Below are positions 1-14,700 of a stretch of DNA of 64,000 nt, in pieces. The DNA lies in NCBI GenBank assembly GCA_950097015.1, contig CATNEN010000013.1:310001-374000 (forward strand). The letters are read 5' to 3'. The DNA is from Macrostomum hystrix (taxonomy: Eukaryota; Animalia; Platyhelminthes). The notes below the pieces were generated by a model. The model made no database searches. It had not been told where the DNA came from and saw only the letters and a program-made list of their open reading frames with translations. Positions within the stretch are counted from its first letter, which is position 1, and each line of letters begins with the position of its first letter. The position numbers were made by a program, and so were the translations under genes.

Positions 1-1246
1 ATCTCTGTTCGCGGTGTAAAATCCCTAATGAAAAAGGAAAACTTACTTTTTTATTACTTACCCTTTTAAAAAAGATTACATTATATACCTTTCATATCGG
101 GAGCACCAGATTATCCCTATTTGAGGATAATTAGCAGCTTGTGAAGTTTCTGTAGCCATTGTACACTGGCTTCTGTTCTGTTCTATCTTCCTCTGTTTCT
201 CGCTGTTACTTTTACCGCAGCTTTGATGAAATCGCATTTTTACTTTCTGCTTCGGAGACTCGCTCAGAGGCGCACTAAACTAATTATCAGATGCCTGTGA
301 AGTTTTCATAACTCCTATCAGTTATTTGTCAACAGATTCTGCTAACTGAAGCTGTAGTTATAATGACATAGTCACGAGTCTTAGATCAGTTTTTGTTTTA
401 ATCTGTAATAGTTTTTGCTAAAGCACTTATATTATTTCCTTCTTTTACAATGAATATTCATTCCTCCCATACCTTACAACGACGAGATTTTGTTTTTTTC
501 GTTTTGGTTCAGCCCCTCACTAGATATTTTAATTTTTCTTTTCTAAAAAAGCTAATCATTTAGATGCATACTACTTCTAGTATTTACATTGTGTTTTTTT
601 ACCATTTTTTAACGGCCCTAGAGAGAATTCCTCACATCCTAATTGTTTATTACTTTGTGCTTCTTGTGCTTTTCCAACTGTTCTCGCATAATAATTAATG
701 TTTTAGCTATTTATATTTAATTATTTCTAACTGCAAAAATTCCCTATTCCCATGCAAACAATATTTTATTCCATCACCCTTAAACTTTGACCCAACAGTC
801 TGTGTGCAATTTGAATTGGCGCGAATATTTTAAGAGCTGTATTGTACACAAGCACAAACGCACTGGTACACCTTTTTATGGTAAGCTTTGCCTACCCTCA
901 TAGTCCTCTTTACTAGCTGTCCATGTAAAATTTGTTTGTCTCATGGCAGTTCAATTGCATAATCTTTTTATTTAACAAAAAAGTTGCTGCGTAGTTTTTT
1001 TACAAAAAATTCTAAAACTTTTTCTTTTATTTCTAAGCCAGTTTGTTTGTTTGTTACGCGGGCGTTGTTAGATCCAGATTAGTCTAAATCGGGAGCAATC
1101 AATTTAAAACGAGTTGGGTGTAAATACCTGCTTTGCTTTTAAGTTAAACATATTATTAATTTATTTAATCTACTTTTTAATATAATTTACTCTTGGGCAA
1201 ATTCATAGATTTCCAAGTCATTCTGGCGATTTATAGTCTTTTTTAG

Positions 1247-2105
1247 ATTTGTATCGTCGATTTCCAACTTGTATCGTCGATTTCCAACTTGTATCGTCGA
1301 TTTCCAACTTGTATCGTCGATTTCAAACTTGTATCGCCGATTTCCAACTTGTATCGTCGATTTCCAACTTGTATCGTCGATTTCCAACTTGTATCGTCGA
1401 TTTCCAACTTGTATCGTCGATTTACAAATTGTATCGTCGATTTACAATTTGTATCGTCGATTTCCAACTACTATCGTCGATTAACAACTTTTATCGTCGA
1501 CTTACAATTCGTATCGTCGATTTCGAACTACTATCGTCGATTTCCAACTTGTATCGTTGATTTACAACTTGTATCGTTGATTTACAACTTGTATCGTTGA
1601 TTTACAACTTGTATCGTTGAGTTATAACTTGTATCGTCGATTTCCATCTTGTATTGTCGATTTCCAACTTGTATCGTTGATTTACAACTTGTATCGTCGA
1701 TTTCCAACTTGTATCGCCGATTTCCAACTTATATCGTCGATTTCCAATTTGTATCGTCGATTTCCAACTTGTATCGTCGATTTACAAATTCTATCGTCGA
1801 TTTGCAACTTGTATCGTCGATTTACAAATTGTATCGTCGATTTCCAACTTGTATCGTCGATTTACAAATTCTATCGTCGATTTACAAATTCTATCATCGA
1901 TTTACAACTTGTATCGTCGATATCCAACTTGTATTGTCGATTTACAAATTTTATCGTTGATTTACAACTTGTATCGTCGATTTACAAATTCTATCGTCGA
2001 TTTACAAATTCTATCGTCGATTTACAAACTCTATCGTCGATTTACAACTTGTATCGTCGATATCCAACTTGTATCGTCGATTTCCAACTTGTATCGTCGA
2101 TTTCC
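1247..2105. repeat. 20-bp minisatellite (TTTCCAACTTGTATCGTCGA)n, about 43 copies
   Basis: Direct tandem periodicity of 20 nt with variant units; explains all overlapping ORFs at 1187-2124. Confidence 0.97.
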
Positions 2106-2704
2106 GCTTAATCTATCTACGTAGTCTAACTCCGAGATAATTAGTAGATTTTTCTTTTATATCGTCGATTGAATGTAGCGCAATTTTTTTTAGCATTGGC
2201 TTTTTAATTATTACCGCGTCAAAGCGATTTTCCAGACAATTATTCAAACGGATTGCTTATCGATTTTGCCTGCTGTTTGGTGAATATCTTACCATGCAGC
2301 TGTTTGTTCGGTCACACATATTCCTGGCAGTCTCATAGTAACCTCATTTTTCTATTATGTGTTGTTTTTACCTTTCTTATTTGCCATACAGGTTCTTATT
2401 ACAAAAATTGTTTATTTAACGTATATTAAAATGAGGGAGTCCAAATTTATTGGGATTTTAGCTTACGTCAGTCTAATCTTCATAGTAAACAGCTTAGCAA
2501 AATTTTCGGTTGCTAAAGTACAAATAGAAATTATTTTGTTACCTGTATGTTACATTCCTACACAATCTAGTATACACTGTCACTCTGCGAAATACATGGC
2601 ATGCATTATGACTCTAGTTGAAAGCTATTTAATATTTATTTATTATTCAATATCATTCTTGAACGTTTTTTCAGAAGCAGTTGATAGTTCATTCACCAAT
2701 GATA

Positions 2705-5700
2705 GTGGGATCATTGGTGAATGAGCAGTTTGGATTGCTAGCCTGACACCAATATCAGGTGTGGGATCATTGGTGAATGAGCAGTTTGGAATGCAAGCCG
2801 GACATCAATATCAGGTGTGGGATCATTGGTGAATGAGCAGTTTGGAATGCTAGCCTGACATCAATATCAGGTGTGGGATCATTGCTGAATGAGCAGTTTG
2901 GAATGCTAGCCTGACATCAATATCAGGTGTGGGATCATTGCTGAATGAGCAGTTTGGAATGCTAGCCTGACACCAATATCAGGTGTGGGATAATTGCTGA
3001 ATGAGCAGTTTGGAATGCTAGCCTGACATCAATATCAGGTGTGGGATCATTGGTGAATGAGCAGTTTGGAATGCTAGCCTGACATCAATATCAGGTGTGG
3101 GATCATTGCTGAATGAGCAGTTTGGAATGCTAGCCTGACACCAATATCAGGTGTGGGATCATTGCTGAATGAGCAGTTTGGAATGCTAGCCTGACATCAA
3201 TATCAGGTGTGGGATCATTGCTGAATGAGCAGTTTGGAATGCTAGCCTGACATCAATATCAGGTGTGGGATCATTGGTGAATGAGCAGTTTGGAATGCTA
3301 GCCTGACATCAATATCAGGTGTGGGATCATTGGTGAATGAGCAGTTTGGATTGCTAGCCTGACATCAATATCAGGTGTGGGATCATTGGTGAATGAGCAG
3401 TTTGGAATGTTAGCCTGACATCAATATCAGGTGTGGGATCATTGGTGAATGAGCAGTTTGGAATGCAAGCCGGACATCAATATCAGGTGTGGGATCATTG
3501 GTGAATGAGCAGTTTGGAATGTTAGCCTGACATCAATATCAGGTGTGGGATCATTGGTGAATGAGCAGTTTGGAATGCAAGCCGGACATCAATATCAGGT
3601 GTGGGATCATTGGTGAATGAGCAGTTTGGATTGCTAGCCTGACATCAATATCAGGTGTGGGATCATTGGTGAATGAGCAGTTTGGATTGCTAGCCTGACA
3701 TCAATATCAGGTGTGGGATCATTGGTGAATGAGCAGTTTGGATTGCTAGCCTGACATCAATATCAGGTGTGGGATCATTGGTGAATGAGCAGTTTGGAAT
3801 GCTAGCCTGACATCAATATCAGGTGTGGGATCATTGGTGAATGAGCAGTTTGGATTGCTAGCCTGACACCAATATCAGGTGTGGGATCATTGGTGAATGA
3901 GCAGTTTGGAATGCAAGCCGGACATCAATATCAGGTGTGGGATCATTGGTGAATGAGCAGTTTGGATTGCTAGCCTGACATCAATATCAGGTGTGGGATC
4001 ATTGGTGAATGAGCAGTTTGGATTGCTAGCCTGACATCAATATCAGGTGTGGGATCATTGGTGAATGAGCAGTTTGGATTGCTAGCCTGACATCAATATC
4101 AGGTGTGGGATCATTGCTGAATGAGCAGTTTGGATTGCTAGCCTGACATCAATATCAGGTGTGGGATCATTGGTGAATGAGCAGTTTGGATTGCTAGCCT
4201 GACACCAATATCAGGTGTGGGATCATTGGTGAATGAGCAGTTTGGAATGCAAGCCGGACATCAATATCAGGTGTGGGATCATTGGTGAATGAGCAGTTTG
4301 GATTGCTAGCCTGACATCAATATCAGGTGTGGGATCATTGGTGAATGAGCAGTTTGGATTGCTAGCCTGACATCAATATCAGGTGTGGGATCATTGGTGA
4401 ATGAGCAGTTTGGATTGCTAGCCTGACATCAATATCAGGTGTGGAATCATTGGTGAATGAGCAGTTTGGATTGCTAGCCTGACACCAATATCAGGTGTGG
4501 GATCATTGGTGAATGAGCAGTTTGGATTGCTAGCCTGACACCAATATCAGGTGTGGGATCATTGGTGAATGAGCAGTTTGGATTGCTAGCCTGACACCAA
4601 TATCAGGTGTGGGATCATTGGTGAATGAGCAGTTTGGATTGCTAGCCTGACACCAATATCAGGTGTGGGATCATTGGTGAATGAGCAGTTTGGATTGCTA
4701 GCCTGACATCAATATCAGGTGTGGGATCATTGGTGAATGAGCAGTTTGGAATGCTAGCCTGACATCAATATCAGGTGTGGGATCATTGGTGAATGAGCAG
4801 TTTGGAATGTTAGCCTGACATCAATATCAGGTGTGGGATCATTGGTGAATGAGCAGTTTGGAATGCAAGCCGGACATCAATATCAGGTGTGGGATCATTG
4901 GTGAATGAGCAGTTTGGATTGCTAGCCTGACATCAATATCAGGTGTGGGATCATTGGTGAATGAGCAGTTTGGAATGCAAGCCGGACATCAATATCAGGT
5001 GTGGGATCATTGGTGAATGAGCAGTTTGGAATGCAAGCCGGACATCAATATCAGGTGTGGGATCATTGGTGAATGAGCAGTTTGAAATGCTAGCCTGACA
5101 TCAATATCAGGTGTGGGATCATTGGTGAATGAGCAGTTTGGAATGTTAGCCTGACATCAATATCAGGTGTGGGATCATTGGTGAATGAGCAGTTTGGAAT
5201 GCAAGCCGGACATCAATATCAGGTGTGGGATCATTGGTGAATGAGCAGTTTGGAATGCTAGCCTGACATCAATATCAGGTGTGGGATCATTGGTGAATGA
5301 GCAGTTTGGATTGCTAGCCTGACACCAATATCAGGTGTGGGATCATTGGTGAATGAGCAGTTTGGATTGCTAGCCTGACACCAATATCAGGTGTGGGATC
5401 ATTGGTGAATGAGCAGTTTGGATTGCTAGCCTGACACCAATATCAGGTGTGGGATCATTGGTGAATGAGCAGTTTGGAATGCTAGCCTGACATCAATATC
5501 AGGTGTGGGATCATTGGTGAATGAGCAGTTTGGATTGCTAGCCTGACATCAATATCAGGTGTGGGATCATTGGTGAATGAGCAGTTTGGAATGCAAGCCG
5601 GACATCAATATCAGGTGTGGGATCATTGGTGAATGAGCAGTTTGGAATGCTAGCCTGACATCAATATCAGGTGTGGGATCATTGGTGAATGAGCAGTTTG

Positions 5701-8700
5701 GAATGTTAGCCTGACATCAATATCAGGTGTGGGATCATTGGTGAATGAGCAGTTTGGATTGCTAGCCTGACACCAATATCAGGTGTGGGATCATTGGTGA
5801 ATGAGCAGTTTGGAATGCAAGCCGGACATCAATATCAGGTGTGGGATCATTGCTGAATGAGCAGTTTGGAATGCTAGCCTGACATCAATATCAGGTGTGG
5901 GATCATTGCTGAATGAGCAGTTTGGAATGCTAGCCTGACACCAATATCAGGTGTGGGATCATTGCTGAATGAGCAGTTTGGAATGCTAGCCTGACATCAA
6001 TATCAGGTGTGGGATCATTGGTGAATGAGCAGTTTGGAATGCAAGCCTGACATCAATATCAGGTGTGGGATCATTGGTGAATGAGCAGTTTGGATTGCTA
6101 GCCTGACATCAATATCAGGTGTGGGATCATTGGTGAATGAGCAGTTTGGAATGCTAGCCTGACATCAATATCAGGTGTGGGATCATTGGTGAATGAGCAG
6201 TTTGGATTGCTAGCCTGACATCAATATCAGGTGTGGGATCATTGGTGAATGAGCAGTTTGGATTGCTAGCCTGACATCAATATCAGGTGTGGGATCATTG
6301 GTGAATGAGCAGTTTGGAATGTTAGCCTGACATCAATATCAGGTGTGGGATCATTGGTGAATGAGCAGTTTGGATTGCTAGCCTGACATCAATATCAGGT
6401 GTGGGATCATTGGTGAATGAGCAGTTTGGATTGCTAGCCTGACACCAATATCAGGTGTGGGATCATTGGTGAATGAGCAGTTTGGAATGTTAGCCTGACA
6501 TCAATATCAGGTGTGGGATCATTGGTGAATGAGCAGTTTGGATTGCTAGCCTGACATCAATATCAGGTGTGGGATCATTGGTGAATGAGCAGTTTGGATT
6601 GCTAGCCTGACATCAATATCAGGAGTGGGATCATTGGTGAATGAGTAGTTTGGATTGCTAGCCTGACATCAATATCAGGAGTGGGATCATTGGTGAATGA
6701 GCAGTTTGGATTGCTAGCCTGACATCAATATCAGGTGTGGGATCATTGGTGAATGAGCAGTTTGGATTGCTAGCCTGACATCAATATCAGGTGTGGGATC
6801 ATTGGTGAATGAGCAGTTTGGATTGCTAGCCTGACATCAATATCAGGTGTGGGATCATTGGTGAATGAGCAGTTTGGATTGCTAGCCTGACATCAATATC
6901 AGGTGTGGGATCATTGGTGAATGAGCAGTTTGGATTGCTAGCCTGACATCAATATCAGGTGTGGGATCATTGGTGAATGAGCAGTTTGGATTGCTAGCCT
7001 GACATCAATATCAGGTGTGGGATCATTGGTGAATGAGCAGTTTGGAATGCTAGCCTGACACCAATATCAGGTGTGGGATCATTGGTGAGTGAGCAGTTTG
7101 GATTGCTAGCCTGACATCAATATCAGGTGTGGGATCATTGGTGAATGAGCAGTTTGGATTGCTAGCCTGACATCAATATCAGGTGTGGGATCATTGGTGA
7201 ATGAGCAGTTTGGAATGCTAGCCTGACATCAATATCAGGTGTGGGATCATTGGTGAATGAGCAGTTTGGATTGCTAGCCTGACATCAATATCAGGTGTGG
7301 GATCATTGGTGAATGAGCAGTTTGGATTGCTAGCCTGACATCAATATCAGGTGTGGGATCATTGGTGAATGAGCAGTTTGGAATGCTAGCCTGACATCAA
7401 TATCAGGTGTGGGATCATTGCTGAATGAGCAGTTTGGAATGCTAGCCTGACATCAATATCAGGTGTGGGATCATTGCTGAATGAGCAGTTTGGAATGCTA
7501 GCCTGACACCAATATCAGGTGTGGGATCATTGCTGAATGAGCAGTTTGGAATGCTAGCCTGACATCAATATCAGGTGTGGGATCATTGGTGAATGAGCAG
7601 TTTGGAATGCTAGCCTGACATCAATATCAGGTGTGGGATCATTGCTGAATGAGCAGTTTGGATTGCTAGCCTGACACCAATATCAGGTGTGGGATCATTG
7701 CTGAATGAGCAGTTTGGAATGCTAGCCTGACATCAATATCAGGTGTGGGATCATTGCTGAATGAGCAGTTTGGAATGCTAGCCTGACATCAATATCAGGT
7801 GTGGGATCATTGGTGAATGAGCAGTTTGGAATGCTAGCCTGACATCAATATCAGGTGTGGGATCATTGGTGAATGAGCAGTTTGGATTGCTAGCCTGACA
7901 TCAATATCAGGTGTGGGATCATTGGTGAATGAGCAGTTTGGAATGTTAGCCTGACATCAATATCAGGTGTGGGATCATTGGTGAATGAGCAGTTTGGAAT
8001 GCAAGCCGGACATCAATATCAGGTGTGGGATCATTGGTGAATGAGCAGTTTGAAATGTTAGCCTGACATCAATATCAGGTGTGGGATCATTGGTGAATGA
8101 GCAGTTTGGAATGCAAGCCGGACATCAATATCAGGTGTGGGATCATTGGTGAATGAGCAGTTTGGATTGCTAGCCTGACATCAATATCAGGTGTGGGATC
8201 ATTGGTGAATGAGCAGTTTGGATTGCTAGCCTGACATCAATATCAGGTGTGGGATCATTGGTGAATGAGCAGTTTGGATTGCTAGCCTGACATCAATATC
8301 AGGTGTGGGATCATTGGTGAATGAGCAGTTTGGAATGCTAGCCTGACATCAATATCAGGTGTGGGATCATTGGTGAATGAGCAGTTTGGATTGCTAGCCT
8401 GACACCAATATCAGGTGTGGGATCATTGGTGAATGAGCAGTTTGGAATGCAAGCCGGACATCAATATCAGGTGTGGGATCATTGGTGAATGAGCAGTTTG
8501 GATTGCTAGCCTGACATCAATATCAGGTGTGGGATCATTGGTGAATGAGCAGTTTGGATTGCTAGCCTGACATCAATATCAGGTGTGGGATCATTGGTGA
8601 ATGAGCAGTTTGGATTGCTAGCCTGACATCAATATCAGGTGTGGGATCATTGGTGAATGAGCAGTTTGGAATGCTAGCCTGACATCAATATCAGGTGTGG

Positions 8701-11700
8701 GATCATTGGTGAATGAGCAGTTTGGATTGCTAGCCTGACATCAATATCAGGTGTGGGATCATTGGTGAATGAGCAGTTTGGATTGCTAGCCTGACATCAA
8801 TATCAGGTGTGGGATCATTGGTGAATGAGCAGTTTGGAATGTTAGCCTGACATCAATATCAGGTGTGGGATCATTGGTGAATGAGCAGTTTGGATTGCTA
8901 GCCTGACATCAATATCAGGTGTGGGATCATTGGTGAATGAGCAGTTTGGATTGCTAGCCTGACACCAATATCAGGTGTGGGATCATTGGTGAATGAGCAG
9001 TTTGGAATGTTAGCCTGACATCAATATCAGGTGTGGGATCATTGGTGAATGAGCAGTTTGGATTGCTAGCCTGACATCAATATCAGGTGTGGGATCATTG
9101 GTGAATGAGCAGTTTGGATTGCTAGCCTGACATCAATATCAGGAGTGGGATCATTGGTGAATGAGTAGTTTGGATTGCTAGCCTGACATCAATATCAGGA
9201 GTGGGATCATTGGTGAATGAGCAGTTTGGATTGCTAGCCTGACATCAATATCAGGTGTGGGATCATTGGTGAATGAGCAGTTTGGATTGCTAGCCTGACA
9301 TCAATATCAGGTGTGGGATCATTGGTGAATGAGCAGTTTGGATTGCTAGCCTGACATCAATATCAGGTGTGGGATCATTGGTGAATGAGCAGTTTGGATT
9401 GCTAGCCTGACATCAATATCAGGTGTGGGATCATTGGTGAATGAGCAGTTTGGATTGCTAGCCTGACATCAATATCAGGTGTGGGATCATTGGTGAATGA
9501 GCAGTTTAGAATGCAAGCCGGACATCAATATCAGGTGTGGGATCATTGGTGAATGAGCAGTTTGGAATGCAAGCCGGACATCAATATCAGGTGTGGGATC
9601 ATTGGTGAATGAGCAGTTTGAAATGCTAGCCTGACATCAATATCAGGTGTGGGATCATTGGTGAATGAGCAGTTTGGAATGTTAGCCTGACATCAATATC
9701 AGGTGTGGGATCATTGGTGAATGAGCAGTTTGGAATGCAAGCCGGACATCAATATCAGGTGTGGGATCATTGGTGAATGAGCAGTTTGGAATGCTAGCCT
9801 GACATCAATATCAGGTGTGGGATCATTGGTGAATGAGCAGTTTGGATTGCTAGCCTGACACCAATATCAGGTGTGGGATCATTGGTGAATGAGCAGTTTG
9901 GATTGCTAGCCTGACATCAATATCAGGTGTGGGATCATTGGTGAATGAGCAGTTTGGATTGCTAGCCTGACATCAATATCAGGTGTGGGATCATTGGTGA
10001 ATGAGCAGTTTGGATTGCTAGCCTGACATCAATATCAGGTGTGGGATCATTGGTGAATGAGCAGTTTGGAATGCTAGCCTGACACCAATATCAGGTGTGG
10101 GATCATTGGTGAGTGAGCAGTTTGGATTGCTAGCCTGACATCAATATCAGGTGTGGGATCATTGGTGAATGAGCAGTTTGGATTGCTAGCCTGACATCAA
10201 TATCAGGTGTGGGATCATTGGTGAATGAGCAGTTTGGAATGCTAGCCTGACATCAATATCAGGTGTGGGATCATTGGTGAATGAGCAGTTTGGATTGCTA
10301 GCCTGACATCAATATCAGGTGTGGGATCATTGGTGAATGAGCAGTTTGGATTGCTAGCCTGACATCAATATCAGGTGTGGGATCATTGGTGAATGAGCAG
10401 TTTGGATTGCTAGCCTGACATCAATATCAGGTGTGGGATCATTGGTGAATGAGCAGTTTGGATTGCTAGCCTGACATCAATATCAGGTGTGGGATCATTG
10501 GTGAATGAGCAGTTTGGATTGCTAGCCTGACATCAATATCAGGTGTGGGATCATTGGTGAATGAGCAGTTTGGATTGCTAGCCTGACATCAATATCAGGT
10601 GTGGGATCATTGGTGAATGAGCAGTTTGGAATGCTAGCCTGACATCAATATCAGGTGTGGGATCATTGGTGAATGAGCAGTTTGGATTGCTAGCCTGACA
10701 TCAATATCAGGTGTGGGATCATTGGTGAATGAGCAGTTTGGAATGCTAGCCTGACATCAATATCAGGTGTGGGATCATTGGTGAATGAGCAGTTTGGATT
10801 GCTAGCCTGACATCAATATCAGGTGTGGGATCATTGGTGAATGAGCAGTTTGGATTGCTAGCCTGACATCAATATCAGGTGTGGGATCATTGGTGAATGA
10901 GCAGTTTGGATTGCTAGCCTGACATCAATATCAGGTGTGGGATCATTGGTGAATGAGCAGTTTGGATTGCTAGCCTGACATCAATATCAGGTGTGGGATC
11001 ATTGGTGAATGAGCAGTTTGGATTGCTAGCCTGACATCAATATCAGGTGTGGGATCATTGGTGAATGAGCAGTTTGGATTGCTAGCCTGACATCAATATC
11101 AGGTGTGGGATCATTGGTGAATGAGCAGTTTGGATTGCTAGCCTGACATCAATATCAGGTGTGGGATCATTGGTGAATGAGCAGTTTGGATTGCTAGCCT
11201 GACATCAATATCAGGTGTGGGATCATTGGTGAATGAGCAGTTTGGATTGCTAGCCTGACATCAATATCAGGTGTGGGATCATTGGTGAATGAGCAGTTTG
11301 GATTGCTAGCCTGACATCAATATCAGGTGTGGGATCATTGGTGAATGAGCAGTTTGGATTGCTAGCCTGACATCAATATCAGGTGTGGGATCATTGGTGA
11401 ATGAGCAGTTTGGATTGCTAGCCTGACATCAATATCAGGTGTGGGATCATTGGTGAATGAGCAGTTTGGATTGCTAGCCTGACATCAATATCAGGTGTGG
11501 GATCATTGGTGAATGAGCAGTTTGGAATGCTAGCCTGACACCAATATCAGGTGTGGGATCATTGGTGAATGAGCAGTTTGGATTGCTAGCCTGACATCAA
11601 TATCAGGTGTGGGATCATTGGTGAATGAGCAGTTTGGAATGCTAGCCTGACACCAATATCAGGTGTGGGATCATTGGTGAGTGAGCAGTTTGGATTGCTA

Positions 11701-14700
11701 GCCTGACATCAATATCAGGTGTGGGATCATTGGTGAATGAGCAGTTTGGATTGCTAGCCTGACATCAATATCAGGTGTGGGATCATTGGTGAATGAGCAG
11801 TTTGGAATGCTAGCCTGACATCAATATCAGGTGTGGGATCATTGGTGAATGAGCAGTTTGGATTGCTAGCCTGACATCAATATCAGGTGTGGGATCATTG
11901 GTGAATGAGCAGTTTGGATTGCTAGCCTGACATCAATATCAGGTGTGGGATCATTGGTGAATGAGCAGTTTGGATTGCTAGCCTGACATCAATATCAGGT
12001 GTGGGATCATTGGTGAATGAGCAGTTTGGATTGCTAGCCTGACATCAATATCAGGTGTGGGATCATTGGTGAATGAGCAGTTTGGATTGCTAGCCTGACA
12101 TCAATATCAGGTGTGGGATCATTGGTGAATGAGCAGTTTGGATTGCTAGCCTGACATCAATATCAGGTGTGGGATCATTGCTGAATGAGCAGTTTGGATT
12201 GCTAGCCTGACATCAATATCAGGTGTGGGATCATTGGTGAATGAGCAGTTTGGATTGCTAGCCTGACATCAATATCAGGTGTGGGATCATTGGTGAATGA
12301 GCAGTTTGGAATGCTAGCCTGACATCAATATCAGGTGTGGGATCATTGGTGAATGAGCAGTTTGGATTGCTAGCCTGACATCAATATCAGGTGTGGGATC
12401 ATTGGTGAATGAGCAGTTTGGATTGCTAGCCTGACATCAATATCAGGTGTGGGATCATTGGTGAATGAGCAGTTTGGATTGCTAGCCTGACATCAATATC
12501 AGGTGTGGGATCATTGGTGAATGAGCAGTTTGGATTGCTAGCCTGACATCAATATCAGGTGTGGGATCATTGGTGAATGAGCAGTTTGGATTGCTAGTCT
12601 GACATCAATATCAGGTGTGGGATCATTGGTGAATGAGCAGTTTGGATTGCTAGCCTGACATCAATATCAGGTGTGGGATCATTGGTGAATGAGCAGTTTG
12701 GAATGCTAGCCTGACATCAATATCAGGTGTGGGATCATTGGTGAATGAGCAGTTTGGAATGCTAGCCTGACATCAATATCAGGTGTGGGATCATTGGTGA
12801 ATGAGCAGTTTGGATTGCTAGCCTGACATCAATATCAGGTGTGGGATCATTGGTGAATGAGCAGTTTGGATTGCTAGTCTGACATCAATATCAGGTGTGG
12901 GATCATTGGTGAATGAGCAGTTTGGATTGCTAGCCTGACATCAATATCAGGTGTGGGATCATTGGTGAATGAGCAGTTTGGAATGCTAGCCTGACATCAA
13001 TATCAGGTGTGGGATCATTGGTGAATGAGCAGTTTGGAATGCTAGCCTGACATCAATATCAGGTGTGGGATCATTGGTGAATGAGCAGTTTGGATTGCTA
13101 GCCTGACATCAATATCAGGTGTGGGATCATTGGTGAATGAGCAGTTTGGATTGCTAGCCTGACATCAATATCAGGTGTGGGATCATTGGTGAATGAGCAG
13201 TTTGGATTGCTAGCCTGACATCAATATCAGGTGTGGGATCATTGGTGAATGAGCAGTTTGGATTGCTAGCCTGACATCAATATCAGGTGTGGGATCATTG
13301 GTGAATGAGCAGTTTGGATTGCTAGCCTGACATCAATATCAGGTGTGGGATCATTGGTGAATGAGCAGTTTGGATTGCTAGCCTGACATCAATATCAGGT
13401 GTGGGATCATTGCTGAATGAGCAGTTTGGATTGCTAGCCTGACATCAATATCAGGTGTGGGATCATTGGTGAATGAGCAGTTTGGATTGCTAGCCTGACA
13501 TCAATATCAGGTGTGGGATCATTGGTGAATGAGCAGTTTGGAATGCTAGCCTGACACCAATATCAGGTGTGGGATCATTGGTGAATGAGCAGTTTGGATT
13601 GCTAGCCTGACATCAATATCAGGTGTGGGATCATTGGTGAATGAGCAGTTTGGAATGCTAGCCTGACACCAATATCAGGTGTGGGATCATTGGTGAGTGA
13701 GCAGTTTGGATTGCTAGCCTGACATCAATATCAGGTGTGGGATCATTGGTGAATGAGCAGTTTGGATTGCTAGCCTGACATCAATATCAGGTGTGGGATC
13801 ATTGGTGAATGAGCAGTTTGGATTGCTAGCCTGACATCAATATCAGGTGTGGGATCATTGGTGAATGAGCAGTTTGGATTGCTAGCCTGACATCAATATC
13901 AGGTGTGGGATCATTGGTGAATGAGCAGTTTGGATTGCTAGCCTGACATCAATATCAGGTGTGGGATCATTGGTGAATGAGCAGTTTGGATTGCTAGCCT
14001 GACATCAATATCAGGTGTGGGATCATTGGTGAATGAGCAGTTTGGATTGCTAGCCTGACATCAATATCAGGTGTGGGATCATTGGTGAATGAGCAGTTTG
14101 GATTGCTAGCCTGACATCAATATCAGGTGTGGGATCATTGGTGAATGAGCAGTTTGGATTGCTAGCCTGACATCAATATCAGGTGTGGGATCATTGCTGA
14201 ATGAGCAGTTTGGATTGCTAGCCTGACATCAATATCAGGTGTGGGATCATTGGTGAATGAGCAGTTTGGATTGCTAGCCTGACATCAATATCAGGTGTGG
14301 GATCATTGGTGAATGAGCAGTTTGGAATGCTAGCCTGACATCAATATCAGGTGTGGGATCATTGGTGAATGAGCAGTTTGGATTGCTAGCCTGACATCAA
14401 TATCAGGTGTGGGATCATTGGTGAATGAGCAGTTTGGATTGCTAGCCTGACATCAATATCAGGTGTGGGATCATTGGTGAATGAGCAGTTTGGATTGCTA
14501 GCCTGACATCAATATCAGGTGTGGGATCATTGGTGAATGAGCAGTTTGGATTGCTAGCCTGACATCAATATCAGGTGTGGGATCATTGGTGAATGAGCAG
14601 TTTGGATTGCTAGTCTGACATCAATATCAGGTGTGGGATCATTGGTGAATGAGCAGTTTGGATTGCTAGCCTGACATCAATATCAGGTGTGGGATCATTG

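Noticed and set aside
1187-2124. Overlapping ORFs such as MYRRFPTCIVDF..
   Set aside because: Translations of a 20-bp tandem repeat in several frames.
2359-2724. 121-aa hydrophobic ORF
   Set aside because: AT-rich, no recognisable motif, runs into the satellite; composition unlike the real exons here.
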